64,000 nt of DNA, taken from positions 12,075-76,074 of the forward strand of contig JBAXKF010000002.1 in NCBI GenBank assembly GCA_037137465.1, given 5' to 3'. Within the stretch, counting starts at the first letter, position 1. Every line of letters starts with the position of its first letter. Below, piece after piece: positions 52,265 through 64,000 of this stretch. Source of the DNA: Betaproteobacteria bacterium. GTDB lineage: Bacteria; Pseudomonadota; Gammaproteobacteria; Burkholderiales; Burkholderiaceae. Below the pieces are notes generated by a model, which was not told where the DNA came from, ran no database searches, and saw nothing but the letters and a program-made list of their open reading frames with translations. The position numbers were made by a program, and so were the translations under genes.

Positions 52265-53033
52265 TTTTAATGATGACGTTCTCTAAGACTTGTAATCCGG
52301 TTTGCCCAAAGCGACGTTCACGCTTTCTGTACCATTCTAAGCTCGCCGAAAATGCTTTAGTATCAAAGTCCGGCCAAAATGTTTCCGTAAAATACATCTC
52401 TGTATAAGCAAGTTGCCAAAGCAAAAAATTACTAACACGTTGTTCCCCGCCTGTCCTGATAAATAGATCGGGCTCTGGGGCGTATGACATCGCTAAATAA
52501 GGGTGGAGCCATGCTTCATTGATATCTGCAGGATTGGTATTTGGGTTCTCTATAAGAGCTTGGCGAGTGGCATTTAGAATATCCCATCGACCACCATAAT
52601 TGGCAGCAATGGTTAAAACTAGGCCTGTATTTTTTTCGGTCAATCGTTCTGCTTCTGTGACTCTTTTTTGAATGTTTTTTGGAAACTCGGTCATGTCACC
52701 AATGAGTCGTAAACGAATATTATTGACATGTAATCGAGCTACTTCTTTATCTAAAGCTTTAAAGAATAAGTTCATTAAAAAGGAAACTTCCTCTTTTGGT
52801 CGACGCCAATTCTCTGAACTAAATGCAAATAAGGTTAAATACTCAATCCCATGTACGGAACATTGTTCAACGATTTCACGAACAGTATCTAAGCCTTTAG
52901 AGTGACCAGCTACACGAGGCAAAAAGCGTTGATTGGCCCACCGGCCATTGCCGTCCATGATAATAGCAACATGGCGCGGGATAATGGTCGTTGCTGGTAT
53001 GGTTAAGGTTGAGCTTTTAATTCTGGACCTCAT
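52257..53033 (-). CDS. uppS: Undecaprenyl diphosphate synthase
   Basis: [32 protein letters not shown]. Confidence 0.97.
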   Translation of the reverse strand: MRSRIKSSTLTIPATTIIPRHVAIIMDGNGRWANQRFLPRVAGHSKGLDTVREIVEQCSVHGIEYLTLFAFSSENWRRPKEEVSFLMNLFFKALDKEVARLHVNNIRLRLIGDMTEFPKNIQKRVTEAERLTEKNTGLVLTIAANYGGRWDILNATRQALIENPNTNPADINEAWLHPYLAMSYAPEPDLFIRTGGEQRVSNFLLWQLAYTEMYFTETFWPDFDTKAFSASLEWYRKRERRFGQTGLQVLENVIIKNA

Positions 53034-53052
53034 ATAAAAATATGTTCACAAA

Positions 53053-53613
53053 CTACACAGTCATTATTTCTTTTTCTTTTTCTTGCACGAGCTTATCAAC
53101 TTCAGCAACAAAACGATCTGTTCTTTTTTGTACTTCATCTTGAGAGCGGCGCTCATCATCTTCTGAAATCAACTTATCTTTTGTCAATTTCTTCAGAGAT
53201 TCGTTCGCATCTCTTCTTAAATTACGAATCGCTATTTTTGAATCTTCACCCTCAGATTTAACAACTTTCGCTAAATCACGACGACGCTCTTCTGTGAGAG
53301 CTGGCATAGGGACTCGAATAACATTTCCCTGCGTTGCTGGATTAAGACCTAAATCAGAGTCTCTAATGGCTTTTTCTACTGCAGCAACCATATTCTTTTC
53401 CCATGGTGTTGCAGTAATTGTTCTTGCATCTGCTAAACCTAATGCAGCTACTTGTGAAATCGGTGTGGGATTTCCGTAGTAATCTACCTGGATGTGCTCG
53501 AGTATTCCAGTACTGGCTCTGCCGGTTCTAATTTTAGCCAAGGAGCTTTTTAAGGCTTCAATGGATTTATTCATTTTTTGATCAACTTGTGAGATCACTT
53601 CATTCGATGACAT
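53053..53613 (-). CDS. frr: Ribosome recycling factor
   Basis: [21 protein letters not shown]. Confidence 0.97.
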   Translation of the reverse strand: MSSNEVISQVDQKMNKSIEALKSSLAKIRTGRASTGILEHIQVDYYGNPTPISQVAALGLADARTITATPWEKNMVAAVEKAIRDSDLGLNPATQGNVIRVPMPALTEERRRDLAKVVKSEGEDSKIAIRNLRRDANESLKKLTKDKLISEDDERRSQDEVQKRTDRFVAEVDKLVQEKEKEIMTV

Positions 53614-53626
53614 AATATTTCCTTAA

Positions 53627-54337
53627 TTAAACATGTACCAAAGTGCCTTCTTGTTCGCCGTTGACTACACGGAGTAAAGAGCCTTGTTTAAATATTGAAA
53701 AAACTTTAATAGGTAATTGACGATCACGACAAAGTGCAAATGCTGTTGCATCCATGACTTGGAGATTTTTAATAATGGCTTCGTCAAAACTAATCGATTG
53801 ATATAAAGTTGCATCTGGATCCTTGTTTGGATCGCTTGTGTAGATGCCATCAACCTTCGTTGCTTTTAATACTATATCTACACCCATTTCAGCACCGCGC
53901 AACGCTGCCGCTGTGTCGGTCGTAAAAAATGGGTTGCCAGTACCAGCAGCAAAAATGACTACTTTACCTTCGTTCATGAGACGTATTGCCCGAGGTCTAA
54001 TATAAGGCTCAACTACTTGATCCATACGTAATGCAGACTGAACTCTTGCTTCAACACCTTTTTGACGCAGAGCGTCTTGTAGTGCCAGTGAGTTCATCAT
54101 CGTGGCGAGCATACCCATGTAGTCAGCAGTTGCACGGTCCATCCCAGCAGCACCACCAGCGACACCTCTAAATATGTTGCCCCCACCAATGACAATCGCC
54201 AACTTAATACCAAGCTTTACGACTTTTGCTATTTCGGTGACCATCTGATCAATCGTTGTTGGATTAATCCCGTAAGAGTCATTACCCATTAATGCTTCAC
54301 CAGATAATTTAAGAAGGACACTCTTATAGGCAGGCAT
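53627..54337 (-). CDS. pyrH: UMP kinase
   Basis: [27 protein letters not shown]; probable start at 54337. Confidence 0.97.
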   Translation of the reverse strand: MPAYKSVLLKLSGEALMGNDSYGINPTTIDQMVTEIAKVVKLGIKLAIVIGGGNIFRGVAGGAAGMDRATADYMGMLATMMNSLALQDALRQKGVEARVQSALRMDQVVEPYIRPRAIRLMNEGKVVIFAAGTGNPFFTTDTAAALRGAEMGVDIVLKATKVDGIYTSDPNKDPDATLYQSISFDEAIIKNLQVMDATAFALCRDRQLPIKVFSIFKQGSLLRVVNGEQEGTLVHV

Positions 54338-54381
54338 ATGGCTTCTTTCTGTTAACAATCATGTTTCTATTATAAATGGCT

Positions 54382-54410
54382 AAAAAAGAGGCGCCGATAG
54401 AGCGCCTCTC
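54382..54410 (-). terminator. Intrinsic terminator after tsf
   Basis: Minus strand: GAGAGGCGC-tctatcg-GCGCCTCT followed by TTTTT. Confidence 0.85.
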
Positions 54411-54427
54411 ATGGATGTGAGTAATGC

Positions 54428-55315
54428 TTAAGCCGCACCCTTCGCTGCCGCAACTTGCGCTGCTACTTCTGCTGCAAAATCATCTTGACGCTTTTCAATA
54501 CCTTCACCAACAATATACATGGTAAAAGAATGTATTGTGGTGTTATTTTCTTTCAGCATTTGTTCAACTGTTTGCTTATCATTTTTCACAAACGATTGAT
54601 TTAAAAGAGAAACTTCCTTTAGGAATTTCTGAATAGCACCTTCAACCATTTTCGTAACGATCTCCGGTGGCTTTCCAGATTCTGCAGCTTTTTGTTCTGC
54701 AACACTCTTTTCTGCAGCTATCTTATCAGCCGGAACATCTGCTGTAGATAATGAAACAGGCTTCATCGCAGCAATGTGCATTGCCACATCTTTCGCGGCC
54801 GATTCACTACCTGTATATTCAACCATGACACCAATACGGGTTCCATGGAGATAAGATACCAAGGAGTGTCCTTGATTGAATACTTTGAAACGACGAATCG
54901 ATATGTTTTCGCCAATACGTCCAATCAGTTCTGAACGCACTTGCTCTACTGTTTTTCCATCTATTACTGAAGTTGACAAAGTAGCCACATCATCATTTGC
55001 AATCTGATGTTGAACTGCTAATTTGGCACAATCTTGAGTAAACTTTAAGAAATCATCGTTTTTGGATACGAAATCAGTCTCACAATTGATTTCAATCAAA
55101 GCACCATTTTTACCATCGATAAAGGAAGTAATAACGCCTTCTGCAGTCACCCTAGAGGCTGCTTTACTGGCTTTACTACCTAATTTCACACGCAAAATTT
55201 CTTCTGCACGTGCCATATCACCTTGCGCTTCAGTTAATGCTTTTTTACATTCCATCATGGGAGCATCCGTTTTTGCTCGGAGCTCCCCTACCATTGCTGC
55301 TGTAATTGCTACCAT
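54428..55315 (-). CDS. tsf: Elongation factor Ts
   Basis: [31 protein letters not shown]. Confidence 0.98.
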   Translation of the reverse strand: MVAITAAMVGELRAKTDAPMMECKKALTEAQGDMARAEEILRVKLGSKASKAASRVTAEGVITSFIDGKNGALIEINCETDFVSKNDDFLKFTQDCAKLAVQHQIANDDVATLSTSVIDGKTVEQVRSELIGRIGENISIRRFKVFNQGHSLVSYLHGTRIGVMVEYTGSESAAKDVAMHIAAMKPVSLSTADVPADKIAAEKSVAEQKAAESGKPPEIVTKMVEGAIQKFLKEVSLLNQSFVKNDKQTVEQMLKENNTTIHSFTMYIVGEGIEKRQDDFAAEVAAQVAAAKGAA

Positions 55316-56067
55316 TAATCTTCCCGCCCTTCTTCTACAGATTCTGCTTCGGTTGTATCTTTGATTGCCTCTAATACTTGGTTAACAGCACTTGCCTTGC
55401 CTTCTAAAATAGCATCCGCCATACCGCGTACGTATAGAGTAACCGCTTTACTCGAATCATCATTTCCAGGAATAATGTAATCGACACCTTCTGGTGAGTG
55501 ATTAGTATCCACTACTGCTATGACAGGAATACCAAGTTTCTTGGCTTCAGTAAGGGCAATTTTGTGATATCCAATGTCAATAACAAAAATAGCCTCAGGG
55601 ATACCGTTCATATCCTGTATACCACCCAGAGATTTTTGTAATTTATCGATTTCGCGCTCATTCATCAGCGCTTCTTTTTTGGACAATCGATCCCACTCGC
55701 CATTTTCTTTGGCGGCAGTCATTTCTTTTAAACGCTTGATAGAACCTTTAACTGTTTTAAAGTTAGTTAATGTACCGCCTAACCATCTTGCATCTACAAA
55801 AGGCATACCTGCACGAGCGGCTTCTTCAGCAACAATCTCTTTGGATTGGCGCTTCGTACCAACAAACATAATCGTGCCGCGATTGGCCGCAATGTTTTTA
55901 GCAAACTTAATTGCCTCTTCATACATAGGAAGAGTCTTCTCAAGATTGATAATGTGGATTTTATTACGATGGCCATAAATAAATGGGGCCATTTTTGGGG
56001 ACCAGAAACGGGTTTGATGGCCAAAATGGCAACCGGCTTCCAGCATTTGACGCATAGTCACTGACAT
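55315..56067 (-). CDS. rpsB: 30S ribosomal protein S2
   Basis: [32 protein letters not shown]. Confidence 0.98.
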   Translation of the reverse strand: MSVTMRQMLEAGCHFGHQTRFWSPKMAPFIYGHRNKIHIINLEKTLPMYEEAIKFAKNIAANRGTIMFVGTKRQSKEIVAEEAARAGMPFVDARWLGGTLTNFKTVKGSIKRLKEMTAAKENGEWDRLSKKEALMNEREIDKLQKSLGGIQDMNGIPEAIFVIDIGYHKIALTEAKKLGIPVIAVVDTNHSPEGVDYIIPGNDDSSKAVTLYVRGMADAILEGKASAVNQVLEAIKDTTEAESVEEGRED

Positions 56068-56150
56068 AATTCTCTCCTTAGGGTTTAAACTAAAGTCAAA
56101 TCCTGATTACGCTTAAAAGCGGCACCCCGGATGGTTTGACTCGTGATTCT
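56068..56150 (-). ncRNA. rpsB 5' leader (t44-like S2 autoregulatory RNA)
   Basis: Outer stem GAGUCAAA/UUUGACUU (56135-42 with 56093-100), internal GGGGU motif and CGC-UUUUAA-GCG hairpin, AACCC before the SD; TATAAT at 56192-97 upstream. Confidence 0.7.
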
Positions 56151-56222
56151 TCGTTGTTAAACAAAAATGTTTATCGGAACAAAGTCTTAGCATTATAGAC
56201 TACTTTAAGTGATAATTCTAGT

Positions 56223-57064
56223 ATGAAATCTATTTTTAAAGATGTATCTGACTTAAATGGCATGCGAAACGCGGGCAAACTTGCGAGCGAAGTACTTGAC
56301 TTTATTACACCTTTTATTCAAGAAGGTGTTAGCACTGGAAAAATTGACTCCCTGTGCCATGAATATATGCGTGATGTGCAACATACAGTCCCAGCTCCCC
56401 TCAATTACCAACCCCCTGGATATCCGCCATTTCCAAAATCCATATGTACCTCAGTTAATGATGTAATTTGTCATGGTATTCCCGGTGAGCGTGTATTAAA
56501 GTCCGGTGATATCGTTAATCTGGATATCACCGTGATCACGCCAGACGGCTACTATGGTGATACAAGTCGCATGTTTTTAATCGGCGATGCCTCTATTATG
56601 GCAAACCGCCTGTGTCAAATAACGTATGAGTGCATGTGGCTCGGGATTGCGCAAGTCAGACCCGGCACCCAATTGGGTGATATTGGGTATGCTATTCAAA
56701 CCCATGCCGAAAAAGCTGGTTATTCGGTTGTTCGTGAATACTGTGGTCATGGTATTGGTAAAGTCTTTCATCAAGACCCTCAGATTTTGCATTACGGTAA
56801 GCCTGGAACTGGCTCTTGTCTAGAAGAAGGTATGACCTTTACTATTGAGCCGATGATCAATGCAGGCCGTAAGGAAATAAAAACAATGCCGGATCTGTGG
56901 ACTGTAAAAACTAAAGATCGAAGCCTTTCAGCACAATGGGAACATACCGTTCTTGTGACGGCCAATGGTGTCGAGGTTTTAACTGTTTCAGAGCATTCGC
57001 CACATCCCCCTGAAATCGTAAGACCTGTGTTTGGACAATCATTCCCGCCAAGTACTATTTTGAT

Positions 57065-57068
<4 letters not shown>
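56223..57068 (+). CDS. map: Methionine aminopeptidase type I
   Basis: CTSVNDVICHGIP, DIT, GDTSR, GHGIG..FH, EPM, QWEHT. Confidence 0.97.
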
Positions 57069-62827
<5,759 letters not shown>

Positions 62828-62828
62828 T

Positions 62829-64000
62829 TTATCTACTCTGGGTCAATGCAGTGGCGGCTTGTAAATCAACAGCGACAACTCTAGATACACCCTGCTCTTG
62901 CATCGTAACACCAATCAATTGATTAGCAATTTCCATCGTTATTTTATTGTGTGAAATAAACAAAAATTGTGTTTTTTGCGACATTTTGGCAACAATGTCT
63001 GCATATCTTCCAGTATTGGCGTCATCTAGCGGCGCATCAACTTCATCTAGTAAACAAAATGGTGCTGGATTGAGTTGAAATAATGCAAATACTAAGGAAA
63101 TGGCGGTTAAAGCTTTTTCTCCACCAGATAATAAATGGATGGTGGTGTTCTTTTTACCAGGTGGTTGAGCCATGACTTGAACGCCTGAATCTAGAATCTC
63201 TTCTCCAGTCATCATTAATTTGGCCGTTCCACCACCGAATAAGGCTGGGAATATCTGTGAGAAATGATGATTTACTTGATCAAAGGTGTCTTGTAATAAG
63301 GATCTTGTTTCAATATCAATGCGCGCAATGGCATCAGTTAAGGTCATCATCGCTTCGTTTAAATCTGCAGACTGAGCATCTAAAAAGCCTTTGCGTTCTC
63401 GGGATGTTTTTAACTCATCTAAAGCCGCCATGTTTACTGGACCCAAAGCCTGTATTTGACTTTGTAATTGATTAACCTGGGTCTGTAATTGTGAAGCCCG
63501 GTGTTCGTCTGTTATTTTAGATTTTAAAAGCTCAATGTCAGCATTTTTCTCGCTAAGCAAGGTAGAGAATTGTTCTACTGTTAAGCGTGAGGCTTGTTCT
63601 TTGAGTTGTGCTGCTGTAATTTTTTCACGAATCGGTTCTACAAATTTCTCAATACCCATCCGACTTTCATCTGTATTTTTAATTTCAAACATCAACTCAT
63701 CAAAAATGGTTCTTGCTTGTGCTAAGGCACTTTCTTTTTCAGATCGTAAGACTAATTGCTCTTGTAATTGTTCAGCAACTGTCGTACTTGCATATTGTTG
63801 TAAATCTTGGTGAATAGTTTGCTCTGATGCTTTTATTTGTTCAATTTGCTCAGTCGACATCTTCATTTCATTTTGTAAATCGGCTTGTCTTTGCAACAAG
63901 GTTCTCAATTCATAAGCAGATTCTTGTGCTTTAGAAGCCAACTCCTGATGATGGCGCAGTGCTTCTTCTCGTGATTTTTGTAATTCTTGATGTGCTGATT
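62829..64000 (-). CDS. smc: Chromosome segregation protein SMC (3' part; 5' part beyond the window)
   Basis: Coiled coil, LGPVNM.A, LLSGGEKALTA signature, LLDEVDAPLDD; the frame stays open to the window edge. Confidence 0.96.
   Translation of the reverse strand, partial: SAHQELQKSREEALRHHQELASKAQESAYELRTLLQRQADLQNEMKMSTEQIEQIKASEQTIHQDLQQYASTTVAEQLQEQLVLRSEKESALAQARTIFDELMFEIKNTDESRMGIEKFVEPIREKITAAQLKEQASRLTVEQFSTLLSEKNADIELLKSKITDEHRASQLQTQVNQLQSQIQALGPVNMAALDELKTSRERKGFLDAQSADLNEAMMTLTDAIARIDIETRSLLQDTFDQVNHHFSQIFPALFGGGTAKLMMTGEEILDSGVQVMAQPPGKKNTTIHLLSGGEKALTAISLVFALFQLNPAPFCLLDEVDAPLDDANTGRYADIVAKMSQKTQFLFISHNKITMEIANQLIGVTMQEQGVSRVVAVDLQAATALTQSR

Overview
A 64-kb, AT-rich (GC in the high 30s % by eye), gene-dense chromosomal segment of a Burkholderiaceae-type betaproteobacterium. 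Gene order and proteins look Polynucleobacter-like (inference). Most of the window is core genome: yciB-msrB, ygfZ/tmk-holB-tatD, gloA, queED-tadA-ldcA, guaBA, ratAB/smpB, ppsA/ppsR, the rpsB-tsf-pyrH-frr-uppS-cdsA-dxr-rseP-bamA-skp-lpxD-fabZ-lpxA-lpxB-rnhB block, map-glnD and smc-zipA-ligA. Three parts stand out. (1) A 10-gene co-oriented acyl-CoA/beta-oxidation cluster (13068-22155) lacks an acyl-CoA dehydrogenase but contains an APH/LvaA-like kinase and a ComB-like phosphatase. (2) A decayed, patchwork zone lies downstream of guaA (23.5-29.3 kb). It holds a diverged direct repeat of the guaA 3' end (att-like) flanking a B12-binding radical SAM gene, two FAD-oxidoreductase relics, a signal-peptide-less ModA-fold protein next to a Bug receptor, and a PliG-like secreted protein. 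(3) The four-gene CP-ATP-grasp/Alpha-E/transglutaminase/Anbu operon is preceded by a near-consensus NtrC box. I found no rRNA, tRNA, tmRNA, CRISPR array, integrase or transposase.
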